Below are positions 21,601 through 34,448 of a DNA stretch of 64,000 nt, piece after piece. Both the position numbers and the translations under genes were made by a program. Origin of the DNA: Rhynchopus sp. YZ270_cl-10 (lineage: Eukaryota); assembly GCA_964035575.1 (NCBI GenBank), contig OZ037834.1:248001-312000 (forward strand). Reading direction: 5' to 3'. Under the pieces are notes generated by a model. It had not been told where the DNA came from. It ran no database searches and worked only from the letters and a program-made list of their open reading frames with translations. Within the stretch, counting starts at the first letter, position 1; every line of letters begins with the position of its first letter.

Positions 21601-22359
21601 AATCGATTAGATTATCATATCTGATGATGCCAGCTTCTCCTTGCCCTTCGTTAATAATTCTTTGTTTTGAAAAAGTGACTAAGCACAGAGAGGCTTAGGT
21701 TCATCGTTAAACGCTAAATCTTTCTCGGGTTTTTATTCCTAATACCACACATAAAACAAAACGAACAAAACTGATTATTTGTTAAGCACCGCTTTCTTTA
21801 ATCAGTATTCCTCTTTTAAAAGGGATTAGGGTGTGTCTAGGTACACCCTATTTTCGTAAATCGCTTTACTGTATTTTTCAATAGGCAACGAAAAGAAGAA
21901 AAAAATCATCTCAAAAACAAAAAAAAATGGACTTTTCTGTATTTTCCGGATTTGAGCGCACAAAATACCCAATATTTTTTTTGTTATTTTGAGTTAAAAC
22001 CCCCTTTTCAACTAAAGCAGTGGCAGGACATTACGTCCCTGTCTTTTACGCAACCAAATTTTATTTTGTTCTTTTTTTGAGTACCGACCCCCCGAGGTGT
22101 GTGTCCCATTTCATTGTGGTTACGCGGTATCTAAAGGAGATTTTGTCGATACAAAAAGAAAGTGGAAGATTGCACAAAACTTGTGGCAACACAACCCTGA
22201 GGCAACTTCATTATTTGCTCCACAACAATTTATCAAAACAAAAAAAGCAAAGAACTGTGTGCCATCTGCCGCAGCTTAATTACGTTAACGACCCGCCTAA
22301 TATCCTGTTCAGTACAAAAAAGGGGGAGAAATAAGTGGTAAAAATTAGCCTAGTAAAAG

Positions 22360-22503
22360 GGGTTTTTCATAAAGGTGGCTCTCAAGGGTTCAGGACGACT
22401 CACGTCTATACCTTCCGTAGTACAAAAGGCTTCGGCCAACATTGATGTAAAGACCCTAGGTTCCCCAAGCGGGTTCTAAGGTGATTGTCGACACAACAAA
22501 ATA
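22360..22503 (+). repeat. Micro-element family F (representative copy), ending in GTGATTGTCGACACAAC+A(n)
   Basis: Related sequences near 12100, 22130, 42601, 44490, 55840, 59053, 62410 and 63580. Confidence 0.75.
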
Positions 22504-24554
22504 AAAACAGTGGAGATTGCACAACTGTGGCAACACAACCAAGGCAACTACACTACTCCAACAATTTATCAAAAAAAAAATTGTATCAGTATTCCATTGA
22601 GTTCCAGACTTGGCAGGGCGATTGCCGGCACAACAACAACAGAAGACGATTCCAGTGTTCTCTCTCTCTCACGATGCTTCACATCATATCACCAAATTCT
22701 TCAGAAGAGACAGTGTCACATTCCGTTTGGGTCTTTTTTTTGTTAAAGCGTACTTGATCCCCCCTCCTATGCTATCAATTTATTGTTTGCATAGGTTGAA
22801 ATACTGTTAAAGCGTACTCCTTCTCTTTTGCTCTCTTTGTATCTTTAATGACAAACCCACCCCCTTAGAGTGAATATGTGTGCATTTTTCTTTGAACATC
22901 AATTAATGCTTCAATACCTGCGTGTGGAATATTGCTTATCAAGAGCCCGTGTGTGAAGGGCTTAATATCAGTTTTGTTGTTTTCTTTTAAGGCGCTTCTT
23001 CAGCCCCCTTTTTTAACCGACAAGAGGAAGCATATCAAGATGTCAACCTCAAAATGGATTGTGGGACTGCACGATTGGGGGTGTCCACCCCCCCGGTGTA
23101 CCAGGGCATTGTACCAAAAAGGTAATACTGTCAACCGAGAGAGGGGTTTTTTTTTTGTATTTCAAGTCAATTTTTTTTTCCCTTTCCCCAGCAACCATAC
23201 ACATACACGCATAGTAAGTTTGCACAGGGGTCAGTCCTTTTTCTTGTACTATTTATTTATTTAGGCGGCTCCTGTGAAGGAAAAAAAAGTAAACGTGGCT
23301 GCTCGTGATAGTAGTCTAAAATCAAGACAATTACAGTGGAGATTGCACAAACTGTGGCAACACAACCGAGGCAACTACACTACTCCAAACAATTTATCAA
23401 AAAAAAATGGTATCTCCCTCCAAACCTTTTTGTTCCTCCTTTTAATCTCCTGCAACCATACTTTGTTATATTGTGTAATATTTTTTTTTCTTTGCTTTTA
23501 TCTGAGGCTGGCATCGTACGATGGGTCAGTCGGAGTGTGCCTACAACAACAACTGCAGCTTTTTTTAAAAGACATCAAAGCTCGGTACATATCCTGAGTT
23601 GGGCGTACGCATATGTGCAGCGAGAGACTCAAATTTTAGTGTGTGTTGAAAAAAAAAACTAGTTGTGTGGGTGGTTCCTAAGAGAGGAAATAATGCCCAG
23701 TGTTTTTTTTATTTTCTTTTTTTTTTCGACTGAGATGCGTTTTAGTAAGTTTCAACTACTCTTTTTACCCTACAAAGCGTAGCTTTTAAAGCAGAAATAG
23801 TTCCTCAGAAACGGTCGCCAATCACCCCCTCCAACAGGGTAATTGTGCAAACGAAAAACCCCTTTTTTTCCCTTTAACTTACCTATCAGAGTTACTATTT
23901 CCCCCCTTTTCAATTTTTATTTTATGATCTGTCTATTTTCCTTGCGATTCCTGCATACCATTATTGATGTATACTTTGCACCCCTATTTAAGATGTGTAC
24001 ACACAGAGAGAGAGGCGTCTTCATCTTGTAAGTGCATTCTTATGCGTTCTTTAGTTACTCCTCACCCCGAAAATGATACACAAGACTTATACACCGACTC
24101 GGGAGTTGGGAATATTTTTTTTTTTTTAAATAGCCTTGCGTCCGCCGATGAAGTTGGACCAGTCAACCTCAGAAATGTACTGGTCATTGACCAGGACTTA
24201 CTGAGGTTCTAGAAAAAAAAAACATAACAGTGCAGTTACGCTACAAAGAGGGACAAAAATTTGTGTCAAAAAGTTAAAGACCCGAAAACCACAAAAAGCA
24301 TGTCGTTTTCCGTGTAAAAGGCTTTGTGATAATATAGACAGTATGTACAAAAAAATTGCCCCCTTTTTTGGGGTGATATTTGAGATGCATGGGAGCGAGT
24401 ATTGTCGGCACGATGAAGAAAAAAAATCCCCTCTGGCGTTTGAATGGTGCACCATTTTACTCAATATGAAAACAGCAAAAAAAAAACCACCTGTTTTACG
24501 AGAACACGGTCCTGTGCTTTCCACTTATAGCCTTGACCACACTCTGACGCAGGG

Positions 24555-24767
24555 ATAATGCCTGACCAAACCTATCTCACCCGGGCCTAATTACCCTGGG
24601 CATCCAATGATCCCCGTTCGTTACCTGACGAGTGGAGGCGGGAGTAGGACGTAGTAGCGGTATCCACGAAACGAGAGATAGGCGAGGAAAGGCAGCGTGG
24701 AGTTCACACGAGAAAAAAGCGAGGTGTCTACACGTCATCAATTTATCAATTTATCAAAAAAAAAAAA
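24555..24767 (+). other. Structured retroposon-like element: hammerhead-core-like motif + terminal hairpin + poly(A)
   Basis: CTGACGA(24625)-GTGGA...TCCAC-GAAA(24668); outer stems CCTATCTC/GAGATAGG and TGCCT/AGGCA; then a CGTGGAG...CTACACG hairpin and an A tail. Confidence 0.5.
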
Positions 24768-25418
24768 GCAATCAGCCAAGCACACACGAACCCTGCCTGT
24801 CACAAAACAGAGCACAAATCATTGTATCCTTTCCCCCAGTTTACCCCCTATTGCTACTTTCTGCTATTTTGGGGTCAGTCAGCCACACCAAAAAAAAGGC
24901 AAACAATTTTTGTTGTTTTGGGTTTTGAGTACAACGACCTTGGGGTTTTGCTAACTCTCTCTTGCAAGGGATGTGTGTCTGCAGAGAGGGAGGGAGGGAG
25001 AGATGCTTGGGTGCTAACATGCTTCGCCCTCAAGTTTTGCTTCTTCTTAGATGTGTCTGCAAGCAAGGCATATTCATCTCACTGCCTTTTCTTATTTGAA
25101 TTTTTTTTTTTGATTTTTTGTGTTTTTTCTTGTTTTTATTAGCTTTACTTCGAAAGGCGAGGCTTCCTGGGCTGTTCACTTCAGACCCTTTTATTGACCC
25201 CCTTTTTTTTATCCCTCAGTAGTGAGGGTGGCTTTTATTTCAGTTTTTTTAAAATATTTGAAACGTTTGGTAAGTGAGTGGCGTGTTAAAAGCTTTTCAT
25301 GAAAACACCCAAAAAAAAGCAATGACAGGATCTTCCTGTCAGAACGGTGAAGCAAAATGACTTGATTTGTAAGCCAACGGTGAAACCACAAAGTTAAACC
25401 ACAATTCAAAGTCATTTA

Positions 25419-25527
25419 CCGTATTCGTAAAAAAAAATGTTATTGACCGTACTAAGGTTCGACCTTTTTCAGGATTTTTCTGAAAGGACCCTTTTTTTTT
25501 TTTGCGAACATTTTTAATCGAATACGG
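25419..25527. mobile_element. MITE, TA-CCGTA...TACGG-TA family (pogo/Tc1-mariner-like)
   Basis: TIR CCGTATTCG / CGAATACGG with TA flanks; related copies at 41351-41424, 48402-48488, 59676-59777 and 61792-61907. Confidence 0.75.
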
Positions 25528-25679
25528 TACTTCACCATTGTGGATGACTACTCAACAACAACAACAACAAAATTAGTATTTTTTTTTTTTTTTAAATATT
25601 TTGCAACGTTTGGTAACCTGCTCCAAGGGGAGCAAGCCTATTTATCCCCTCCTCCCTTTTCCCCCTTTCCCCTTCAAGG

Positions 25680-26910
25680 TCATACAAAGCAACGCACCCT
25701 TCCTCTCCAACCCCCACGTCTACAAAACTATCAAGCACAATTAAACAGAGCACAAAGCACTTTCAAAACAAACAAAAACCATTTTCAAACTCCCCCCTTT
25801 TCCCCTCAAGGTGACTAAGTACAGACTTTTCTTTCTTTCCCCCAACACACAAACCCCCATTCTTGAAAGACTGGTACGCCATTCTGTAAGCGCAACCAGC
25901 CTTCAATAGAGTTCCCCCCCCTTTTTTTTTTGATTTTGAAACCATCCAACACAAGCATTGATCCGAAGTGTGAGTATCCATGACTCACAGAGAGAGGCTT
26001 GCCAAACCACTTCCTTCTTTTAGTTCTTCCCATGCCTTTTTAAGGGCTTTTTCATTTTAAAAAAAATCGTCTTTTTTTTTTTTGTACAAAAAACTGCATT
26101 TCAGGTCGAAAAACAACCTTTTATCTCCCCAAAAAAGGTGATTGTTTTTAGGTGGCCTGGTGTGCCTTCTTTCCCCTTAAAAGAGTTTACGAGCTTTAAA
26201 AAAAAAAAAATGAATGTGTTGTGCCCGTGAGGCCATCTAGCAAAATTTCTTTTTTTTTTTTTCCCCCTTTCCCCTACCATTCCTCCTCCTCCTCCCGTTG
26301 TTCTTGTTATTTGCCCCCCCCTGGAGTTCTCATATTTTAATTCCTCCCTTTTTTTTTTTTTTTGCAAGTCATTGTTTTCCAGTTTGGAAAAGCTTCTTGC
26401 TCCGTATCCCTTATCTCTTCTTCTCTCCCCTTCTTTTGTTGTCTCATACAAAGTAACGCGCCCTTCCTCTCCAACCCCCACGTCTACAAAACTATCAAGC
26501 AAAATTAAACAGAGCACAAAGCACTTTCAAAACATACAAAAAACATTTTCAAATTCCCCTTCTTTTTGGTGACATTGTGCCTGAAATTCTAGAATTTGAT
26601 TTCTATTTATCAAAACAAATCCCCCTTTTTTTTCAAGGTGGCTAAGCATGCTGAGACAGATATTATGGCGTTCATAATTATACCAGCCCCCTTTTTTTTG
26701 ATAAAACAACTTGTTGTCAATTCTAAAAAGATTGGAGGCAGCGCTGCAGGGCAAACAAAACGGATTGAAAAAACAGAAGCTTGCTTGTTTTCTTTGAGTA
26801 CTCAAGTAACAATAATTTGAGCGCACAAACAAAAGACCCGATCTTTTTTCAAGGTGGCTAAGCATGCCGAGAGAGATATTAAGGCGTTCATAATTATACC
26901 AGCCCCCTTT
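25680..26910. repeat. Local direct duplications
   Basis: About 25680-25830 matches about 26445-26575; about 26610-26700 matches about 26830-26910. Confidence 0.8.
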
Positions 26911-27658
26911 ATCAGAGTGTAAACCACAAAAAAATGGAGTGTAGGACTGCATGGTTTGGGTGTCCACCTCCCCCCCGGTACAGCCGGTCAGACCAAAGGT
27001 ACACTGTTAACAAGAGGGTTTTGTATTTCAAGTCAACATTTTTTTTTATTGCTCTTTTGATTTAAATCTTTGAATCATGTGATCACCTCCGGGTTGGGGG
27101 AGGAAATGACTGTTTCTGCTTACAGTTTCTCTGTTAGCAACTCCTAAGTGCAACACTACGTGGTTCGATAACCCACGGAGTGTTAAAGGTGTGTCTGCGT
27201 CACATACATTTGAATTTTTTTCTTCTTCTTCCTTTTTCTCTTTTTTTTCTTTTTTGCAACCTTACGCGCTGGGCATACCAGCAAAATGTATTCAAAACAA
27301 ACAGAAAAGAAATAGTGGAGCTCATCCTCGGGGTGTCTACACTAATACAAACAAAAACCAATTTTTTCCAGAAAAGAAAAAAAGAAACAAAAAGAAACAA
27401 AAAAACGGCAGCTTCACTGCGTGTCGCTTCAATCCCAATCCCTCCCCCCTCCCCCCATATTTACAAGATTTTCAGTTGACGTAGAGGTAAAGGGGGGTGG
27501 GGGGGAATTGGGTGTCCACACGTGGCAATGTTATTACCTACGGTGTTGGAGCATTTTCACCTGATCAAAAAAAAAAAAACCTGTCTCCCTCCTTCTCACT
27601 CCACATATCTGAAAGACAGAAAAGAAAACTGATAGTGACAAACAGCGTAACGCTTAAA

Positions 27659-28030
27659 AAAAGAAAGGCTCCCCTTTTTGTTTTATTCAACTCTTCTACA
27701 CCCATCCCGTTCTTGTGGTGGAAGGTGCAAAAGAAGGTTTGCCATCCTGGTCCTGCATGCACACCCCTCAGTCCGCCGCCATTGGGACCACTCTTGGCAT
27801 TTTGTGCCCTCTTACAATCACGTCCAAATGGACTTCCTTGACGAAGCATGCTTGGGTGTTATCTCTCAGGACTCTCTCTCTCACTGCATGGTCTGGGGCA
27901 TGTGGACCATGTCAACATGCATCTACTTGGTGTGCGTGGTGTGGTTTGTTGCTGTGGGTCGTGGTGATGGGTGGGTGGGGGAATATCTGCCCTTCAACAG
28001 GAGTACAACCAGCTTGATGGTGGCTTTGCG
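27659..28030. repeat. About 370-bp direct repeat, copy 1 (copy 2 at 30152-30521)
   Basis: High identity from AAAAGAAAGGCTCCCC to GGTGGCTTTGCG in both copies. Confidence 0.9.
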
Positions 28031-28181
28031 CTGGCCCTCTTACCTATAGGGCAGGGCTCTGGGGTTGGTACGGGTTGGACAAATTCAGAACCACCCAATC
28101 ATTCCAAGCTGTTCGGTAGAAGTACAATCCGTTGGCCTTTTTTTAAGGTTGCCTATTTTCCTTGAGCGAACACACATCACA

Positions 28182-29228
28182 ATGTCCACTATCACTTTTG
28201 TAAATTTCAGATTTCTCACTCCAGCCACAGACATTATACACTTCGACAGTATGAAACCGCAAAGTGTGGATACGCATACCAATCGTGAGGGCTGTGTTGC
28301 CTGTGCAGACAAAGATAAGGCACCCCAGAAAAAGATTGATAAGTATGGTTTGGATTATACGACGTTGGTGTTCTGTCGCGACAATGACTCACGCATGCGC
28401 GTGCTGGTGTATGATATCAAACACACATCGGCGTTCGAGACCACCTGCTTCCTCATTGCCGGGGAGGACGCGCAAGAGGAAGCCTTGAAGCAACTCAAGA
28501 ACAAAATCAAGCAGGTGAATGAGCAGCACCTGGGGGAGCTTACCTATTTAAAAAACTGTATCGATAATAACGACCCAGGATTCGAGCGCATTTTGGAAGA
28601 TAAGTGGGCGGAGCTGCTCAGACAGGGGAAGAGGCTGCATCGACGGAATAAAATATTCTGGGTCAAGTTGGACGACATCATTTCGCATGCTGAGAAATGT
28701 CTCAAACTCGATCCGAATCATCCCGACCATACCAAGCCGCATCCGCCTTTCCGCATGCCGGGCGGAAAGGCGGATGCAGACGAGGTCAACGACACACTGG
28801 CGACAGCCTTACGAGAGCTCGGAGAAGAGACAGGGATTTGTATCCCCGAGGAGAGGTGGGGTGAGGCCACAGTGAATAATATGTTCACATTCCGGTACGA
28901 GTTGACCAAATTTCACGTGTTGACTGTACCCGAAGGCATAACACCAAATGAGGTGAACGACAGGGAGACAACAGGCAGGCTGCGTTGGGTTAGCTTAGAG
29001 GATCTCAAGAACTACTCTGGGGTAATACAGCCCAAGCTGCAGAAGGCGTGGTGCCAGATGGAGATGAGACAGAAGAGCGGACCTGTACCTATTTTGAGGT
29101 GGGAGAGGGCTCAAAAGCTTTCGAACTTGATAGGCATTGGCGTGCCCACCACGCACAACAACACCCAGGAAGCGACGCCATCGGCACCCGCGCCAAAAGC
29201 ATTGTACAGGGCCAAAGGGAAGAAATAA
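28182..29228 (+). CDS. Nudix hydrolase family protein
   Basis: Nudix box MPGGKADADEVNDTLATALRELGEETGI and a downstream ETTGRLRWVSLEDL motif. The start may be ATG 28182 or 28251. Confidence 0.85.
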   Translation: MSTITFVNFRFLTPATDIIHFDSMKPQSVDTHTNREGCVACADKDKAPQKKIDKYGLDYTTLVFCRDNDSRMRVLVYDIKHTSAFETTCFLIAGEDAQEEALKQLKNKIKQVNEQHLGELTYLKNCIDNNDPGFERILEDKWAELLRQGKRLHRRNKIFWVKLDDIISHAEKCLKLDPNHPDHTKPHPPFRMPGGKADADEVNDTLATALRELGEETGICIPEERWGEATVNNMFTFRYELTKFHVLTVPEGITPNEVNDRETTGRLRWVSLEDLKNYSGVIQPKLQKAWCQMEMRQKSGPVPILRWERAQKLSNLIGIGVPTTHNNTQEATPSAPAPKALYRAKGKK

Positions 29229-29320
29229 TAATCGTTGTCAATACGTTTGTTTGTTTGTTAAACAGTGGCAGTCTCGCCCGGAAAGTGGATTTCCTAGGTC
29301 TAATTAGGTTTATTTTACAT

Positions 29321-29412
29321 CTTCTGTTGGCCGCAGGGTATTTGTGCTTTCATCCGGGGCTGGCATCGTACGTGGGTCAGCGGGAGGTGCCTGCATCAAC
29401 AACTTCACTTTT
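29321..29412. repeat. Hairpin micro-element family D (representative copy)
   Basis: GCCGCAGGGTAYTTGTGCTTTCATCCGG..GGCTGGCATCGTACGTGGGTCAG..GGAGGTGCCTGCA. Copies near 7102, 12531, 12740, 15503, 19860, 23505 and 46413. Confidence 0.88.
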
Positions 29413-30151
29413 TTGGTGTCTTTCAATTGGCTTCGAAACAGGCCTTTTTATACGGGGTTTCACAGAATGAGTGATATAGGTCTTTGTACTTGTTCACCTC
29501 TCTGCTTTTGTTGGTGTTGCTATAGCTTCAGCGCATTGTCGTTATTTTTCTTTTTCAACCATATGTTGAAATACTATCTTTTAAGTTTTCTTCTTCTCTA
29601 TTCTTCTCAGGGTGGTCTCAGGATCCAGATTCCAGATAATTCCAGAAAATTTTCAGCGTTCCAGATATGGAATTTTTTTTTCGAATTCGGCGGTGATTTT
29701 TTGAAGTGTGTAGGGAGGCTGTGGTTACGTCATTCGAGTATCCTTTAGCATCCGTGCACTGCGAGGGTGATTGTGGGGATATATCTGAAAAACCTGGATT
29801 CAATCCTGCCCATGTTGTTTTTTATTTTTGACTGTTGTTTGCCTCTTTTATGTAACCCACCATGGAGTGGCGAGGTGGCAGTAGAGCCAAAGCAAACATA
29901 GGCACCTCACAGAGACAAATATCCCATGACGAGTTGACCCACTCTCCACTACCACTCGCCACTCCACTGTGTTGTACTGTATTGTTTAACCTCTGTCGCC
30001 ATTCATACAAGCTCATTGGTACAATGTGTATGTCTGTCCACTCTTTCAACAAAAAAGAAAAAAAAAAAAATGCCGTGTTCACTTTGAAAATAAACAACTG
30101 TCAACCCACCCATCCCAACATCAAGGATCCTCATACCCCCTGATGTCGGGT

Positions 30152-30521
30152 AAAAGAAAGGCTCCCCTTTTTGTTTATTCAACTCTTCCGTACCCATCCC
30201 GTTCTTGTGGTGGAAAGTGCAAAACAAGGCCCTTAGCATCCTGGTGCAGCATGCACACCCCTCAGTCCGCAGCCATTGGAACACTCTTGGCATTTTGTGC
30301 CCTCTTACAATCACGTCCAAACGGACTTCCTTGACGAAGCATGCTTGGGTGTTATCTCTCAGGACTCTCTCTCACTGCATGGTCTGGGGCATGTGGACCA
30401 TGTCAACATGCAGCTACTTGGTGTGCGTGGTGTGGTTTGTTGCTGTGGGTCGTGGTGATGGGTGGGTGGGGGAACATCAGCCCTTCAACAGGAGTACAAC
30501 CAGCTTGATGGTGGCTTTGCG
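30152..30521. repeat. About 370-bp direct repeat, copy 2
   Basis: Matches 27659-28030 and continues into a GC-richer, TE-like tract to about 31800. Confidence 0.9.
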
Positions 30522-32509
30522 TGCTGAGGTACCGGTGGAGGTGGGGGGATGCTTCTCTAAGGGGGAGGTGATGCAAAGGTTTGGTGGCGAATCTAGTGTC
30601 TGCTGATTGTAGCACTACTTGGCAAAACAGCTGTAAGAGAGGAGCGGAGTTATCAGAGTTGTGAGAGGGACTTCTCGAGAGGGAGAGGTGATGCAAAGGG
30701 GGGTCGCTAACAAAACACACACGACTCTGTTGCTAAAGGGGGTTTGGTGATTGATTGGCTCTCCTTTTTTGACAAAAAAGGATGGATGCATTCTCTCTTT
30801 CTCCATACCCTAGGGCTCCTCTGCAGGCATGACGTGAGAAGGAAGGGATCATGGCACGGCGTCTGCTTGGGTGCCAAATGAAGGGGGGGATTTTCTTTTC
30901 TTTTTTTGGGGAGAGTTTTGCGATTGATTGGCTCTCCTTTTTGGCAACGAAAAGGATGGATGCGTTCTCTCTTTCTCTTACTCTCCCCTACGGGTTTTTA
31001 CGGGTTAACGAGTTTACTCTCTCTCTCTGTGTCCCATGCGGCTCCCCTGCTGTCAGCTGCTACACTTCCAAGACCCTCTCATGTACATGAGAAGGAACGG
31101 AAGGAATCCTGGTGAATCGCAATGCGGCATTCCACCTGAAGTCACCAATGGGGGTGGAGGTGTGTGAAGGAGGGGCTCTGGTCTCATGCAGGAGGTCAGT
31201 TCGGAGTTGTGATGAGATGCAGTCGTGGGTGCGGTGATGGGTGATGATGGGTGATGCTGATAAGGGTGTGTCTTTGAAAAGCAACTGTGGGTAGTTCCTA
31301 AGGGCAAAAACATTTGTCAGGGCTGGGGGGAAGCAGGTCAGCCTGATGTGGTGCGATGTAATAGGTAGACAGACAGAAGGGGGGGGTTGTGGTGATAGGC
31401 GAGAGCGGCATTTTGTGTTACTCCGACAGGTGTTCAACCTTTCTTTTTTTTTTTGTTGTTGATCACAGCTCGGCCTGGGGTGGCAGAGGGGCAGTTGCAT
31501 GGTGATAGCAGTGCTTTGTGTGTTGCAATGTGGCGTGGCTGTAATTTGCAGTGTTTATGGGTAGGAGGTTCGCCTGGGTGCATTGAGAGGATGATGCAGT
31601 GTGGGGGAAGGGGTTGGGAAGGGTGTGTCGAGCTTCATTGCTTCCAAGTGATGACCTCATCACAGCGAGCCAGCAGGGGGAGCGGGGGCATGACATCATG
31701 TGGTCTGTTTCCGTCATAGATGAGTCTATTTTGAGGATGGAGTAGCGGGGTAGGGGAAGTGATGCAAGGTGGGGGGTTTTTTTGCCGGGGCCGTGGGTTT
31801 TCTGCATCACTGGAGGGGGAACAATTTTGCACGTTTGCAGGGTTTCGTATTTCTACCTATTGCTACTTTTTTAGCACAGTAACGAGATATGGCCATGACA
31901 ACAGTCCACGACTCATATTCCAGGAAGTAAATGACACTTCGCCACGTCTTTCGCGTCTACAAAGACGTTCCACGAACTACCAAGCAACACTTTCTGCTAG
32001 AGTTTGGGCCTTTCGTTGCTGCTCGGTCCTTGCACCGCCTGAACGAGCCGAGGGTCTGCTGCTGGTGGTAGTGCACCCACGCCTGCTATCTTGACTCATA
32101 TCAGTTAAATCACCAAAAACCTGTTGGAGAAAAGCGTAGGTTCCCCGAATGGGGTAGGCTTAGAAAGCCTCTTCACAGGTGAAGCCGGAATATTTGTGTT
32201 TGAATACAGCCAAACCAAGACAACGCGGTCACCTGTCGTCCGTATGTTGTGGATCGTAGTGACCAATGTCTACACTCGCTTAGGTGCCCACCATCAATAG
32301 GTCAGGGAGTGATCAAAGTTGGGAGGAAATTAGTTTGGTGATAAATTATCTAGCAGATCTGCCGTCACTGCCCTGACCCGGTCCCTCAGGGTATCTTCCC
32401 TTTAAAAACAACACCTCGTATGACTTTCCAGATCGGTCTTGGTTTTGCAGCACAGTCTTCAATAGCCTGTACTAGACACGTATATGGATATCCAGTCATA
32501 GACTCGACT

Positions 32510-32720
32510 AAGCACTGCCTCCGCATCTGCCTCGTCTTCTTTCTCTTCTTCAGAGTCCACATTTGCATGCCGGCACCCAATACAGCACTCCCGTTCTCGT
32601 GCGTTTTCCTAAACCCAATCGCTCCAGGGCTTGCAGAATCGCCTCGAGGACACCTTCAGCAGGCCCACTCCACAGTGGATACGGCGCTTTGCCTTTACTG
32701 CCATTCCACTGCGCCTGCAC
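32510..32720 (-). pseudogene. Decayed RNase H domain of a non-LTR retrotransposon (Ingi/I-like)
   Basis: Manual translation LWSGPAEGVLEAILQALERLGLGKRTRTGVLYWVPACKCGL*, then after a frameshift EDEADAEA; resembles the RNase H C-terminal pattern WVPxHxGxxGNExADxxA. Confidence 0.5.
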
Positions 32721-32889
32721 AAGGATTTTAGAGCGGACTTGGCGTAGAACTGCCTATACAGTGTCCCCGCCACGTTTCCCGCCCTCTCAATGCGTCATAT
32801 TTTCTGGGTTTTTCAAGGTGATGTCCATTTTTTGCTCAAAAAAAAAATTGTTTAGGGTCCTCACTTTTTCTATGGGTTTGAGCCCCCTA

Positions 32890-33170
32890 GCCTCCGCATA
32901 GCGGCGAAACGAGTCGCATTCTTGCATTCTCGCCCAAAGCTGGGCTGGTCAGCAATTCTCGTATTGTTCTCGTCATTCTCGTCTTGCGCGCGTGAACGAT
33001 AATAACAAAGGTGATTCTCGTCCATTCTCGCCTATTCTATTTGTGTTGGTTTCGACTCTGTTTTTCCCTGCAGCAAAACCCAGCCCAAAATTATTATTTT
33101 TTGCATGATTCTCGCGAAAATCATTCGAATATTCTCGTGTATGAGAGTCGTTTCACCACTACGCTGAGGC
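32890..33170. mobile_element. MITE with about 30-bp imperfect TIRs and internal ATTCTCG repeats
   Basis: GCCTCCGCATAGCGGCGAAACGAGTCGCAT versus the reverse complement of the right end, GCCTCAGCGTAGTGGTGAAACGACTCTCAT. Confidence 0.6.
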
Positions 33171-33547
33171 AAGGCAACCCCAAAGGCGAATTCGGATTAG
33201 CCTTATATTCGGATCCGGATATAGGGCGAATATGATCTGAATACAGAATACACGTACCACACCACAGTATTCGCCATATTCGGATGAATACGCAGTAGGG
33301 TGTCTAGTGGAAGTGCATGGAAAAACAGGGGAGATGGCTTTCTCTTGCCCGAATAGGATCCACATGTGGCCCAGGAAGTTTGGGTCCGAATATACCCCTT
33401 TTTTAAAGGAATCCTCCTTTCTGCACCTTGTTACAGAACTAGGGGTCTGGTTGATATTAACGCGACCCCCTTGTCATCATTTTTGCTTGTTACCCCTTGT
33501 GATAACAGAGTCTAGTTATGTGTTGGACATAACTAGGTTGTCATGTA

Positions 33548-33856
33548 CACGACGCCTCATATCAGCGTGACATGTCAGAATGATACGCAAAATGACGTGT
33601 CACTTTTCTGACGTGTCATTATGCCATGTAGTACGTGTTGGTACGTGTCATTCTCTGTACAGAACACACACTTTTCCACTTTTCCATGGTTTTGTTGTTC
33701 TAACCCCTTAAGGCCCTCTCCTCGGGAATAGGGAGCCTCAACAAACCTTAGAAAAAGTGTGTGTTCTGTACAGAGAATAACACGTACCAACACGTACCAC
33801 ATGTCATCATTTTTACCATGTCAACATGACATGTCCTTCTGACATGTGGCGTCGTG
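33548..33856. mobile_element. Foldback MITE, CACGACG-end family (TA TSD)
   Basis: TIR CACGACGCCTCATATCAG matches the right end at 16/18, with TA flanks; internal inverted repeat of about 46 bp at 33630-33676 / 33752-33797. Confidence 0.75.
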
Positions 33857-33984
33857 TATGGGGAGAGCACCTGACATTTTCCCGATTTTCGACCCGATTT
33901 TTCGGGAAACCCCACCTACCCTCCCAAAAAAATCGATTGTGGGGATTTTCGTCCTCGGGCAGTCTCTGGTAGGCGTGGTTGCAC

Positions 33985-34404
33985 ATCTGCTTATCTGATG
34001 AGAGTAGGCGGGGTGGGTGGGGCATATCAGCTGCAACCCACGAAATGGACGTAGGGACAGCAGGGTTGGGGGTCCACCCGGTGCACACAGGTTGTGTACC
34101 AAAGGTGCACTGTTGGTTCATCTGATGAGAGTAGGCGGGGTGGATGGATGGGGCATATCGTGTACGTGGTTGTGCACCTGATCTACATTGACAGTCTGGG
34201 AAGAGTGCAGAAGCTGTCCCTGCACCATGTATGATGGGTCCGCATTTTTTTGATGTACCCCACGAAATGGATTGTAGGACTGCATGGTTAGCGTCCCCCT
34301 CCCGGTACAGCCGGTCATACCAAGGTGCACTGTCAACGAGAGGGGCTTTGTATGGACTTCGGAACACTGCGTTCAGTGCCTATCTCTATACCCTGCTACG
34401 GTAA

Positions 34405-34448
<44 letters not shown>

